Assembly (NCBI GenBank): GCA_973895155.1
Contig: OZ316896.1
Location: 13,697,469 to 13,761,468 of the forward strand
Reading direction: 5' to 3'
Source: Marsupella aquatica
Taxonomy: Eukaryota; Plantae; Marchantiophyta
Length of the DNA stretch: 64,000 bases
Position numbers and translations under genes: made by a program. Below, piece by piece: positions 50,838 through 64,000 of the stretch. Every line of letters begins with the position of its first letter. The first letter of the stretch is position 1. The notes under the pieces are model-generated. The model was not told the DNA's origin, made no database searches, and was given only the letters and a program-made list of their open reading frames with translations.

Positions 50838-53800
50838 ATGGCTTCTTCTAGCCAGGTTGGGTCACATAACACTGCATATACAACAGAGGCAGACAACCTC
50901 AGAAGTTTACCTCTTTCCCATCCACGTCGAATACAGCGTCGTGATGATAACTTATGGGCTCGGGAACAGACAGCTTGCTTTGGTAGTGCTGATCATAGAA
51001 TGTATTGCTCTTGCATGGAATGCAAAGGGATTGTTAAGACTACTCGAAAGACCAGTCGACAACATCTTCTTAAATATGGCCGCTACCCTGCCTGTCGAGT
51101 GTGGGTAGGAGAGGGTGAAGACTCTTCTGATGAGGAGTGGAGATCCAATTACATCCGTAACTCTGGTCCAGAGGCACTGAGGGCAGGAATGTCTCAAGAG
51201 GCATTCCACTCAGGCCAGCCATCAATAGATGTTGAAGAGCAGGTCAGAGTTTTACTTCAGGAGACATTGGCAAGAGCTTCTGAAGAGTCTGACGAATATG
51301 TGGATAATGATCCTCCTTTTGATATAGATTCAATGTTTCAAAATGATGAGAATGAGGCAGATGCACCCTCTGCTGAGACCAGGGCTGAGGACACACCTAC
51401 AGCAGGGCATCCTGTAAATCCTGTCCCTCTGCAAGGGTCTTTAGAAGAAGCCATGAAACCCTTATTTCCAGGCAGTAAGACAGATGTAGTTTCCTTCATG
51501 TTGTTGTTTTTAAACATCTGTCACAACAATAGGTTCTCGAACACGGGAGTGAATGCCATGCTGTCTTTGTTGACTGAGCATGGAATGCCAACAGAGCACA
51601 CTCTCCCTAAAAACCTATATGCTGCAAAACAATTACTGAGAAAATTGGGTTTAGACTATGAGAGAATCCCAGTCTGTGAGAATGGATGTATGTTATTTAG
51701 AAATGAGACTGCAGAGTTGGACAATTGTTCCAAGTGTAATCAGCCAAAGATGAAGTTAGTGGGGAATTCTTTACAGCCCGTGAAGGTCTTGAGATATTTC
51801 CCTATAATCCCTCGATTGAAGAGATTGTATGCCACTAAGGGTACATCTAAGCTAATGACTTGGCATCATGAGAACAAGAGCAAGGACAACATGGTCCAAC
51901 ATCCAGCAGATTCAAAGGCATGGAAACATGTGGACACGGAGATCGACCCTGCTTTTGCTGTTGAGCCAAGGAATGTGCGAATGGGATTGGCACTTGATGG
52001 GGTAAATCCATTTGGGAATAATTCTACTGCCTGGTCTACATGGCCAATCCTGCTGTTGAATTATAATATCCCTCCTTGGCTTTCCACAAAGAAGTTCTTT
52101 GTCATGCTGGCTCTTCTAATTCCAGGTCCTGTGTCTATAAGCGAGGAACAATTTGATGTATACATGGCTCCACTTGTGGATGATCTTGAGACATTATGGT
52201 CAGAAGGAGTGGATTGTTTTGATGTTCTACCAAGGCTAGGATTGCAGCAAGAGTTCAAGCTAAGGGCTTCAGTATTGTGGACAATCAATGATTATCCTGC
52301 ATATGGATTAGTCTCTGGCCAACAACATGCAGGGTACAAAGGATGTGTGGTTTGTGGGCCAAATTGTGTGGCACATGGTTCAAAACAGTTGGGCAAGTTA
52401 CTGTTTGCTGGCCATCGTCGCTGGTTACCACAGAGACACTATTTTCGCACAGAGGAAGTGGCAAAATACTTTAATGGTGAGGTAGAGGCACGAGCTGCAC
52501 CGTGTAGAGTGTCCAGCTCTGATAGGAAACGCTGGGGAGAAAAGGCCGCTAAATATGTGGAGAAGAAACCAGGGAATGCGCTGGATGATGAAAACTCTCC
52601 AGTAAAGAAGAATGGAGTGAAGAGGGTTACTGGATTATACAACCTGCCGTACTGGAGTGTAAGTATCTGGTTTCCCATACTGAATCCCTCAGTGTGTATT
52701 AATGTTAGGTAGCAAAGAGTAACATTTCTTATTCTAACTTAGTTTGTACTGAACTGTGCGTCCAATGCAGAAACTTCTCATCAACCATTGTTTGGATCCC
52801 ATGCACTGTGAGAAGAATCTTGCACACAACATTGTGCACACTATTTTGGGGACAAAGGATACTCCTTCTGTTCGAGAAGACATGAAAGTCATGGACGTGC
52901 GGGAACACCTGTGGCTGGTTCCAAATCCAGATCCAAAAAAAGATTCAAAGATCATGCCGCCAGCCCCATACTGCCTCAGTAAGACAGAGAAGACTAAGTT
53001 CTTAGAGGTATTGTTGACCTTTAAAGGGCCCACTGGTTTCAGTAGTTCTCTGGCTAAATGTGTCACAGTTAAGAAGAAGTTATCAGGTATGAAATCTCAC
53101 GATTTCCATCACCTCATGCAACAAATCCTTCCATTGGCAACAATGGGATTACTTGATGAAGGTGTTCGGTTGGCCATAGCCAGAGTGAGTAATGTGTGGC
53201 GTACCATCTGTGCCAAGGTTTGGGATCCCTCACAGTACGACTCTGTGATGATGAATGTTGCATTCACACTCTGCCTTATGGAAATTCATTTCCCACCAAG
53301 CTTCTTTGATGTCATGACCCATCTGTTGATTCATCTGGTTCAGGAACTACACATCTGTGGTCCAGTGAACATTAGATGGATGTACCCAATAGAAAGATAT
53401 CTAAACTCGGGGGTCTCACTGTATGGATGTCTCCCCATCACCTGCGACGTTTTTAGGCCTCGGACCCCCTAAAATGTAAGAATTTTTTTTATTTTTTTGA
53501 CCCCTATAAAGTTGGAATATTCTTAGAATATTCTCAAATTTTGGTTATAAAGACCCTAACGTTCTTATAAGTCCCAAAATTGGATTTAAAAGACCGTTCT
53601 TCTCAGAAAATTCTTAAGTCTTCCCTTCGAACCAATAAAATGACCCTATACTTCGTCGCACGTGATATGCCATTTTTGTGGAAGTGAAACCCCCGAGTAT
53701 CTAAAGACCTTGAAGGGTTACGTTCGAAACAAGGCACGTCCAGAGGCTTCTATGGCTGAAGGCTACCTTCTGGATGAATCTTTAGGATTCCTTTCTGAAT

Positions 53801-54928
53801 ACATGATCGATGTTAAGGGGACAGGAATGAGAACATGGGACTTGGAGGAGAATCCTGGTGTTGCAGGCATTGTCTTGGAAGGAGGTGGAAAACAAATCAC
53901 CTTGGAGTGGAATGATATGATAGCTATGCATCATTACATACTGGAGAATGAAGAGCTGGTGGAACCATGGTATAGGTATGAGCATGGTTTATATTGTTAA
54001 GTTCTCTGTTGTTTATTATTAAACATAATTGAGTTTTGAGCAGAAATTGTGTGGGCCTAGGAGCTGACTGTCATTCTTGCCATGCAGGGTTTATGATGAT
54101 CAAAAGGAGGCAGTTACCAAGCACAGAGCAGATTTCCGGAAATAATGGATGAAGAATCCAGGAAATCGGAGGAATCCTGTGCCTTATCCCTCTGATTTGG
54201 ATGAGTTGCCTCCTTTTAGAGAATGGTTTGAAGTGACAATTAGAAGGCATAATTTTGAGAATGAGTTTGAACGAATGGTGTTGGCAGCGTATAGTGTACC
54301 ACCTAGTCTGAAGGCACTGTGGTACAGGGCCTGCAGAGCCTATGGGCACCATTGGAGGACCATTCCATCACTAGGTTCCTTGATTGATTGTGACTCATCT
54401 GAGTTCAAGACTTTTGATTCTGAGATGGCTTGTACATTCACTGAGAAGCGGGTCATTAGGTCAGGGGCAACAGTAGATGAATCTATACAATATGTGGGGG
54501 TGTTGACAGACATCTTAGTGTTGAACTATGGGCCTCTGATAAAGGAAGTGGTCCTTTTCAAAGGAAGGTGGGCAAACCCATCTTGGACTCCCAAAGCCAC
54601 TGCAAGTATGAGATATGATGCGTCTGGATTGTGGCAAGTAAATTTTCAGAAGGAGCTGGGTGCTTCCAAGAAAATGGACTATGTATTGCCACGACAGATA
54701 GAACAGGTGTTTTTTTACCCAAATGATAAGGGGATTGCATGGAGGACAATCCTCCACAAGGAATCCAGGTCTACAAGAGTGCTGGGTGATTACATGGAAG
54801 TTGATTTCCATGATACTATGGATGACAATGCTAAGTTTCACATAGAGTTGGCAGAAGCCTGTATAACTAGACAGGAGCCTGGACCAAGTACTAGAGACAA
54901 AGGAAAAAGAAAGTATAAAAGGAAATAA
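50838..54928 (+). pseudogene. CACTA TnpD/Tnp2 transposase of element 1, disrupted
   Basis: RNVRMGLALDGVNPFG, WTINDYPAYG, LDPMHCEKN, GMKSHDFH, RWMYPIERYL and RPEASMAEGY. Introns 52659-52770 and 53976-54087. MITE insertion at 53406-53697 and a frameshift/stop near 54125-54145. Confidence 0.92.
53406..53697. mobile_element. MITE, 292 bp, inserted in the TnpD coding sequence
   Basis: 15-bp TIRs CTCGGGGGTCTCACT / AGTGAAACCCCCGAG (one mismatch). Perfect 8-bp TSD TATCTAAA at 53398-53405 and 53698-53705. Removing it restores IERYLKTLKGYVRN. Confidence 0.95.
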
Positions 54929-56219
54929 ATGGTTTGAAGATACTGTACAGTCCGGTTTCATTTAGTTGGGAGTGGGATCATACTAACATGGCATGCCATA
55001 GTCTAGCAGTGAATGCAGCGAATACCTCCAAATGAGGAGGAACGAAATAAGAAGGTAGCAGACAACAATAGAAAATTCAGGGAGATATTTGGAGAAAATT
55101 TCAATCTCATGTGAGTATAATCTTGCATGTTGTTTTGAATGTGCAAAGATGTGTTAATATTGCTCATCAGCAATATGAGTTGGTTTTTGATACTTGTCAT
55201 TCATTCATTGATATTCTCTGATGTAGACTGGGTGCAACACAGACCGTAGGGTGTAAGAAGGAAACAAGTGCACGTCAAACTCCTAGAAGTGAGGTTACCA
55301 CACAGAGAAGACAGAGTTCCAGACTATTAAGAATTGCCTCAGTGAGTATGGCAGAGTCTGGTGATGAGGGCTCTGAATCAGATTATGACACTGATGCTGA
55401 GTACAGTGAAGATGAGAAACCAGAAAGTTCATCCAAGGTGAGATTCCTATTACATTTCACCACTAGAAGAAAACTTGTGTTTTACTACTACAGGCCCTGC
55501 AACTACTTTGCCTAAATAACTCATACGTGGTGCCAACCACTGTTTTTTTAATGGGTTGTAATAATCTGCATTTTATGACTCTACTTAGAACTATGTTACC
55601 TTAATCACTGATTACAACTCTTTATTTTGCCACTAAAACTTAGATCACTTGAATTAGAGTTGTATATTACACAAATTTGCAAATCACTACAATCCACCAT
55701 CCACTACATCATTGATGTTTACAACTCTATTTTCAACTAAGATTTTACTACTAGCCGAAACCACTACAAATACAAGTACCACCAATATTTGAATGGTAAA
55801 GGTGTTCTTTCCACCAACTCCCAATCAAGTGAATCTTTTCCAAGTGATCTTAATTACTTGAAATAATGTCATTTGTGAGCACATATTTTGTTACTATAAA
55901 TATCACCAATAGTGGAGTCACAAATGAATTTTGGCAAAATCACTTAAAATATTTTAGTGACAATGAAATTCTTACAAACAACTTAAGATTAAGTGAATTA
56001 ATTGTCACTGTCCAATTAAATACATGTTGCAACTACAAACGCCACCAACATTAGAGTGTCAAAATAGTTTTGACAAATGACGTACTGAAAATTGAATGGA
56101 TTATTTTGTGATGTCCAAAACCTCTCCCAATGATGTCATTATCAACACACATTTTCAGTCAAGATATGCATGCCACCGGAATTACAGCGACAAACAAATT
56201 CTTTTTTACAAATTGTACC

Positions 56220-58100
56220 CAAATCACTACAGAACAAGTGGTTTGAGGGTTTTGGGCACCTGTCACTTGAGATACCACCATGTTTTGAGTTGGGAAAGTT
56301 ATGTGTTTGAACTTGCAATCAAGTGCATTGGTAAGTACCAGGCCAAACCACTTAACATAAGGTCCTTTCGGGCTCTCATTTTCTTGCAACTACAAACTGC
56401 ACCCATATTTGAGTGATGCAACACACATTGGTGCGACCACTTGCCATGAACTAGTGCTAAAAGGAGTGAATTGTGTGGACACATCACATAAGCTCCATAT
56501 TTGTAATTCCGTAGAGTCTTGGAGTGATTTGTGTGGAGTTCATGATGTTCCATCACTTGTGTGCCTCAAATCTCTCCACCTTGGCATTTTGTGCATCACA
56601 ACCTCATTGTCGTTGCTATAACTAGTTGGCACACGTGATGGGGGTGTCCCATGGCTTCACCATGGGGGCGCTAACACGGAAGAATTGTTATGGCAGTGGG
56701 CCCAACCCTCCTCCTTTAATCGTGGCCCTCTGAGAATTGCTGCAAGGTGGATCCACTTATCATTATCCATGTAAGTTTGTCACTCCCGAAATCACTAAAA
56801 ACCATGTTCTTTAGAGCCCTCATTACCAACGACTAAAACTATCACTCAAGCTTGGGTGGTATAGAACGGATTATTCCAAACCACTTCTCATGAAGTGATA
56901 ATCCATGGGTGATGGTTGTGCTCAAACTACTACAAAAGAGGTGGTTTTAGGGTTGAGGGCACATGCAACTTGAGATACCACCGTGTTTTGAGTTGGGAAG
57001 TAGATTGGGCGCCAACACTTGCAATGAAGTGCATTTGTATGTACCAGCCCAAACCACTTGACATAAGGTCCTTTCGGGCCCTTGCCTTTTTGCAACTACA
57101 AATTGCACCGGTATTTGAGTGATGCAACACACATTGGTGCAACCACTTGCCATGAAAGAGTGCTAAAAGGAGTGAATTGTGTGGACGCATCACATAAGCT
57201 CCATATTTGTAATTCCGTAGAGTCTTGGAGTGATTTGTGTGGAGTTCATGATGTTCCATCACTTGTGTGCCTCAAATCTCTCCACCTTGGCATTTTGTGC
57301 ATCACATTTGTATTGCCGTTGCTATAACTAGTTGGCACACGTGATGGGGGTGACCCACTACTTTACCATGGGGGGGCTAACACGGAGGAATTATTAGGGC
57401 GGTGGGCTAAACCCCCCTCCTTTAATCGTGGCCCTCCGAGAATTGCCACAAAGTATATCCTATTCTCATTATGCATTGTAAGTTAGTCACTCCCCGAATC
57501 ACTGGAAACTATGTTCTTCAAAGCCCTCACTCTAGCGACTAACATTGTCACTCAAGTTGGGGTGGTACATCATGCATTCCTCCAAACAACATCTCATGAA
57601 GTGGTACGTAGTCCTAGGGTGACTGTCATTCCCATACCACTACAAATGAGGTGGTTTTAGGGTTTAGGGCAAATGCCACTTTTGATACCACCATTATTTG
57701 AGTGGAGAAGTAAACTGGTTGTGAACACTTGCAATAATGTGCATTCTTATGTGTCTGCCCAAATTGCTGCAAATGAGGTTCTTTGGAGCCCTAACCTTAT
57801 GCTACTACAAATTCCACCCTTAATCTTGGCCCTCCCATAATTGCCACAAGGTAGATCACCTTCTCATTGTGCATTGTAAGTTTTTGACTCGGAAAACCAC
57901 TCCAAACAATGTACTTCAAAGCCCTCATTCCTAGCTACTCAAACTATCACTCAAACTGGGGTGGTACCAACAGGTACCAACACTACTCTTAATGGGGTGG
58001 TTTGAAACCCTCATCGATAAGCAACTTAATATACCACCTTGATTTGAGTAGGAAAGTAACTTGGGTGTACTACTTATGATTAAGTGCATATTTCTAAACA
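56220..58100. repeat. Tandem repeat of about 706 bp inside CACTA 2 (two similar units and a degenerate third)
   Basis: CATAAGGTCCTTTCGGGC..GATGCAACACACATTGGTGC..GGAGTTCATGATGTTCCATC is repeated with a 706-bp offset (56556 versus 57262). Confidence 0.9.
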
Positions 58101-60259
58101 CATGCCCAAACTACTACAAAAAGGGGATAGATGTAACTTCTATTATCACCCATTGTTCTTTGAGGCAACTTGCACTGAAGTGGCATTGTTAGAGCTGGTG
58201 AACACCACAAAGAATTAGGTGCATTTTTCCAACTGAGGCGGGCGTATGGAATCTCTAAGCAGATTATGGCCTTCTTTTCATACTAATTTAAACAATGTTT
58301 ATAATAACATATAGGTTTAGGTTGTATGACATAAAGCCCTTCTTTGGAGGGGCATTATATCCCACAATCCCATATCCAACACATTAGGGTGAGTCAAATT
58401 CGATGAGTTTTAATTTTGGCCGTCCTTGTAGAGGGTATGACCATTACGGCGTGGCCAAATTGAAAGCCATCGGTAGTAATATTGAAGCTTAGAGACATGG
58501 AGTTATGAAAAATGTAAAAGCTTGTGTCAAGTTTCTTTTTTATGAATTAAGCCTTGATTGAAGGCCATCCAAAAATCCTGGGTTATCACACCCTACCCCC
58601 ATGCCTATGGTTCAGATCACCTAATACCCTCGCTAATACCCAAGGGCAACCTATTATCGTTCGATGTCAACTGTAAGTTTCCCGCGGACGGTGCTGTTTT
58701 ACGCGCCCTAGGTTTTGGATACCATTTACACGGAGAATCATCGAGTAAGCTGCCAATGTTTTGGTTTTCAGCATTGTGCAAAGAAGATACCGTCGGGGCG
58801 AGAGACTTTGTGCAGTGTGAGGCACTGTGTTTTCCGCACCAGAGCTTTCAAAGTAGGGTTGTCGATTGATGTTTGCGGATTTGGTGACGGGGAGTGCGGA
58901 GCTGCAATTTGTGGGAGCGAGTTGCGGTGTGCGTAGGCTTTGACATTTTGAGAAGGGAGCTGAAAATCCTCTGTTGTTCGGCGTCAGTGTGGAAGGGAGC
59001 TGAAATCACAAGGTGAGATGCTGACCCGAGCGCAAGTGTTCAACCTTTCTTGAATCGACATTGGGAGGTGTTAGGATTTTCTGAAGAAACCCGCAAGTGT
59101 TCAACCATTACACTGCATTGGCAATGCAATAGAGGTTTGCTACAAGCTTTGACCTGCTCAGCTGAATTTGCAATGCTATTATGAGCCTTTAGTGACTTGA
59201 ACTGAGCCAACACCTATTGGTTTGCTTTTCGTTGCGCTGCAAGGTTAGCGGATTTGTGGATTGTAGTGTGCCTACTGTCATTGCGCACCGATTGAGTTGC
59301 TTTCATTTGCATTGAGATTGAGATTGAGATTGAGATTGACCTACGCTGACATTGCTGCATTGGGCATCTGTGAGATGCGACTTGCAGTGTGAGGCGCAGC
59401 AACCTCAGTTTGAGGCTCAGGCGACTTGACATGCGACTTGCAGCAGTTTTAGGAGGCGCAGCAAGATCAGTTTTAGGAGGCGCAGCAAGATCAGTTTCAA
59501 GAGGTGACTTGAGATGCGACTTGCTGCTGCTGATCAAGTTTGAGACTTAACAGTGAGTTTAAATTCTGTTGCAACCTTTGAGTTGGGCTACATTTGTAAT
59601 GCTGCAAGGTTTGAGGTGACTTGTACTCAATTGAAGCCTGCCAACTGCTACGATGGTCAGTTCACTTGCACTGCAAATTGCTATGAGTTTTACTAGCTAC
59701 AACTTAATTAAAATTTGTTATATAGGTGTTTGAGTGATCAGTGATTGATTGACTTGCGATGCTCACGCAAAATGCAGTACCATAGACAGATTGGCCGTAG
59801 TAAGTTAATGTCGATTTGGCCCAGACTTCAAAGCTTTGTGATGAATTTCATGATTCCGGCATCCCAGGCAAAGGGCGGCAGCGGAACAATGCTCCAAATC
59901 CAATCTTGCCTGATCACTTGAGTCCATAATGGACCTGACGAGAGTCTCACCTCATCTCCTAAGAAAAAAAGTGTAGTATACAGCAATCCTATTCTCATGT
60001 TTTAGCTCTATCTTTCTATAATATTGCACTACTAATCATGTATGATATTTGGTTGGCTGGCATGGATTCACAATCAGAAAAGAAATGATCTACATCACAT
60101 TGAAGAGCTTCCCACATGAGTTTTTCTCATTCAACCTTGGAGCAAGTACGCGGAGCGCCATGCAGTGAAGAAAGCCTGTGCTATTTGGCTCAGTCTTTGT
60201 GGACAGTAGGTGAGTCTTGGGATTCACTAGTAGGATCATAGTTAAGAAAGAAAGTACCA

Positions 60260-63200
60260 ATGGATACTCACATCAATTTTTGTCAAATTCAAGGGTTGAG
60301 AAACCTGACAAGGAGCCCGGATGGCTTACTTCGACGAGATGATAAGCTATGGCGGCGCCAGGTTGCAGAGTGTAGAGCAGTCGGGACAACAAAGATAAAG
60401 TGTCCCTGCTTTGTTTGTAATTGTAGAGGTAATAGAGTCAAACTTGCTACCGTGAGAAAACACTTAATTGCCCATTCACGACACCCATCCCAAAGGCGCT
60501 GGTGGGGAGATGAGTATGATTCGTCTGATGAAGAATGGAATGCAGGGGTATGTGATGGGACTACTAACTTACGGGATAGGGCAAGAGGTAACTTCAGTGT
60601 AGAGCCAACTGCAGAGGGAGGTGATCTACATGGTGACCTCCATATCCCTGAGATGTTGCAAGATCTAGCTGGGCAGGGAATTTCCAATCCTGGCCCAACT
60701 ATTGTAGAAGACCTGGGACCAGATGAAAATGTAGAGGAAGATAGAGAGGATCAATTCAACTTGGATGATCTTCTTTCAGACATCAATGTTGCACCTGAAG
60801 AGCCAACACCAATGGTGTGGGATCAAGAATCAGAACAGAGAATGATGGACGCGTTTACAGAAGCATGTTCACCTCTATATGAGGGATCTAATACTTCTCA
60901 ATTGTCGTTTGTGTTGACATTTCTCAACACTTGCCACAACCATGGCTTTACCAACTCAGGCGTAAATGAGCTTCTTTCCTTGATGGCCAAACATCTGATG
61001 CCATCTACGCACTTACTTCCCAAGAACCTGTATGCATGCAAAAAACTCATTAGTTATGCAGGCTTGGATTATGTGAAAATTCATGCATGTGAGGATGGAT
61101 GTGCATTATTCAGAAAGGAGCATTCAAACTTGGAGCACTGTCCAGAGTGTAAAAAACCCAGATACAAGCAGGTTGGAAAATCCAAGCAACCAGTAAAAGT
61201 ACTGCGGCATTTTCCGCTCATACCTAGGCTAAGACGAATGTACAGGTGCAAGGCCATTTCTAAACTTATGACATGGCATGGAGACAATAAGAGCACCGAT
61301 GGGAAGGTTCGCCATGTTGCTGATTCAAAGGCTTGGAAAGAGATAGAGGTTGGGATTGATAGAACTTTTGAACTAGAGCCTCGCAATGTCCATCTTGGAT
61401 TAGCCTTAGATGGGGTTAATCCCTTTGGTGAGAATAATTTGAAGCATTCAACATGGCCGGTTGTATTGCTAAATTATAATTTACCACCTTGGTTGTCAAC
61501 AAAAAAGTTTTTCATCATGCTATCTTTGCTAATTCCAGGACCTGAAAGTGTGACTGATCGAAACATTGACATTTACTTGGCTCCATTGTTAGAGGAGTTA
61601 ATCGAGCTATGGAAGGGAGTAAGGTGCTTTGATTCGCTAGATAGGCCTGGCAGGCAACAGTGGTTTAATCTTAGGGCTATTTTGCTGTGGACTATCAATG
61701 ACTATCCAGCCTTAGGCTTGATATCAGGTCAGGTGACAAAAGGTTACCATGGATGTGTAGTCTGCGGACCTCATGTGACTGTTAGAAGGTCTGGGTCCCT
61801 TTCAAAGTGTGTGTATCCTGGTAGTCGAAGGTGGCTGGAAGAGAATCATAGGTATCGTACCCACAGTTATGCAACCAAGTTTGATGGGAAGTGTGAGACA
61901 CGTGGTCCTCCCCCAAGGATGACATGCACTGAAAAATTGACTTATGCTGCTGAAGTTGTTGAGTTTTTGAAAACCAATGGGGTTGTTCAAGGTCGCAAGA
62001 ATTGCCCATCAAAACTACATGGAGTGAAGAGGAGACAAAGTCTTGCAGAGCTGCCATACTGGAAGGTGAGGTAGTATTTCAATTTACTGTTCAATTCAAT
62101 TAATCACTTTGATTGTTTAACCTATAATTTCTTTCAAGTTTGTGGCCAGTCAGAGTATTGTGTTGCAACACGTTTAAACCATAGCATGCAATTCAATCAA
62201 CTACTGAGCAAGGGAAACTAATGCTGGGTCTTTGTGTGCAGAAATTATTGATCAACCATGTGCTTGATCCGATGCACACAGAGAAAAACATAGCACAGAA
62301 CTTGATCCAGACTTGTTGTGGGAAAAAAGATACTGCAGCTGTTCAAAATGACATGGAGGCAGAAGGTGTTCATGAACAGCTTTGGATGAAGCCGCATCCA
62401 AACCAAAAGAAGGACCACTTTGTGAAACCAAAGGCGCCCTATGTCATGAGCAAACAAGAGTTACAACAGTTTCTTCTTACTCTGAAGAATTTGAAATATC
62501 CAACTGACTTCGGTAGCTCCTTAGCAAAATGTGTTAGAGAGAGCAACAAGTTGGCAGGGTTGAAGTCTCATGACTACCATTGTCTAATGCAGCAAATTCT
62601 ACCTTTGGCATTGAAGGACCTCATGGCTACAGGACCTCGACTAGCTATTGTGAGTGTTTGTCGCATCTGGCGCAAAGTTTGCTGCAAGGTGTGGGACCCT
62701 GCCACAAAAGATGAACTAATGAAAGACGTGGCACATACTTTGTGTGCTTTGGAGATGCATTTCCCAGCATCCCTGTTTGATGTCATGACGCATCTTATGA
62801 TTCACATAGTTGAGGAGCTAGATATATGTGGGTCTGTTTCTCAGCGATGGATGTATCCCATCGAGCGTTACTTAAAAAATCTGAAGGGGTTTGTGAGGAA
62901 TAGGGCACGTCCAGAGGCATCAATGGCTGAAGGCTACATTCTAGAGGAGGCATTAGGATTTGTTACTGAGTATATGGTTGATTGCCAAGCTACTCAAAGA
63001 CGTATTTGGGATTCTGAAGAGGAGGAGGGTGTGAAAGGTGTGATGCTTGAAGGGGCCTCATCTAAAGTGTTGTTAAGTGTTGAGGATCGAGATGCTGCTC
63101 ATAAATATTACTTACAAAATAATGTGTTGGTAGCACCCTGGTTGAGGTAAGTACTGAAATATTTAAATTGTAGAGAGAGTTTTTTCTTTCATTAGGAACA

Positions 63201-64000
63201 ACGTACTTGCAACTTGTCAGTTTTAGGTGATGTTCCTGTGATTTGGTTGTGTAGTTGAAATACTAGCTTGTTGACCCTTTCACTTGGCTTTTTCAGGTTG
63301 TATGAGGCTGAAGAGGAGGAACTAAGGAGAGCAAGAGAAGCATTTGTAGTACGCTATAATGAGACACGACTTCCACGCAGTAGCAGAACAGTGTCCCTTC
63401 CACCTGAACTTGCCTCAATTCCATTTGGAACCTGGTTCAGGGATCAGATTCACGGAGCTAACTTAGAGGAAAACGACGCTAGAATACTATTGACTGCAAT
63501 CTCATTTCCTCCAAACCAAAGGGCTCTCACTTATAATTCAATGAAGGCTTACGGTAACCATTATAGGGTAATGCGCTGTAAGGATAGAGATGGTCAATGG
63601 CGTGAACTCTCCCAACTTAGGAGCACTGACTCGCAGGGCTATGCTACATTTGACTCTGGTGTTGCTACAACATTTCATGAGGAAAGGACAGGCCAAACAG
63701 GGGTGAATCTGGCTAAGCTAACTTATGTGGGGGTTTTGACTCAAATACTTGTGCTAGACTATGGCCCTTTACTTCGTTATGACCTTGTAATTATCCTAAA
63801 GGCAAAATGGGTGCGGTCTAATTGGGGACCAGAGAATAGAAATCCATCTATGAAACATGATGAGACGGGTCTTTGGCTAGCCAATTTTAATATGCCTTAT
63901 CCTTCAGCAAAGAAGCTAGACTATGTTCTACCGAATCAAATTGAACAGGTTTTCTTCTATCCAAATGAGGCCAAGGTCTCTTGGAGACATGTGCTTCATA
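60260..64000 (+). CDS. CACTA TnpD/Tnp2 transposase of element 2, apparently intact, 3'-incomplete
   Basis: Exons 60260-62065, 62242-63146 and 63297->64000 are open and join in frame. Motifs LGLALDGVNPFG, INDYPALG, LDPMHTEKN, LKSHDYH and WMYPIERYL. Intron positions match element 1. Confidence 0.92.

Larger units (their letters stand above)
43539..55460 (+). mobile_element. CACTA/En-Spm DNA transposon 1, left part; interrupted by CACTA 2
   Basis: Begins CACTAGTAGAAAA at 43539, followed by dense AATGAC/GTCATT subterminal motifs to about 43950. Contains a TnpD gene. No matching right end was seen. Confidence 0.88.
55461..64000 (+). mobile_element. CACTA/En-Spm DNA transposon 2, nested in element 1; continues past the window
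   Basis: Begins CACTAGAAGAAAA at 55461 just after a GTGAG donor of element 1. ACTAC/CACTAC-rich subterminal region and its own TnpD gene. Confidence 0.88.

Overview
Eukaryotic land-plant genomic DNA (GT-AG introns, plant-type genes; the lineage cannot be fixed from sequence alone). Host genes: a 10-exon AP-4 beta-adaptin running off the left edge (minus), a frameshifted intronless EBP/HYD1 sterol isomerase pseudogene, and an intact intronless CYP71-clan P450. The left 40 kb looks like an old tandem duplication with reciprocal loss: copy 1 keeps beta-adaptin and has lost the P450 body, copy 2 keeps the P450 and holds only a beta-adaptin relic. That relic is split by an insertion of about 11 kb, which is the most unusual feature. 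It carries two divergent spliced genes: a ParB/Srx-like domain fused to a bacterial-type beta-class N6/N4 DNA methyltransferase, and a Sola-like DDD transposase. The palindrome TCATGAATTCATG(A) recurs within this insertion, twice between the two genes. The right 21 kb is a nested TE stack: a Copia fragment, a CACTA carrying an EDM2-like PHD-finger ORF, a MITE, and a second, apparently intact CACTA. All domain calls are by eye from motifs; no searches were run.
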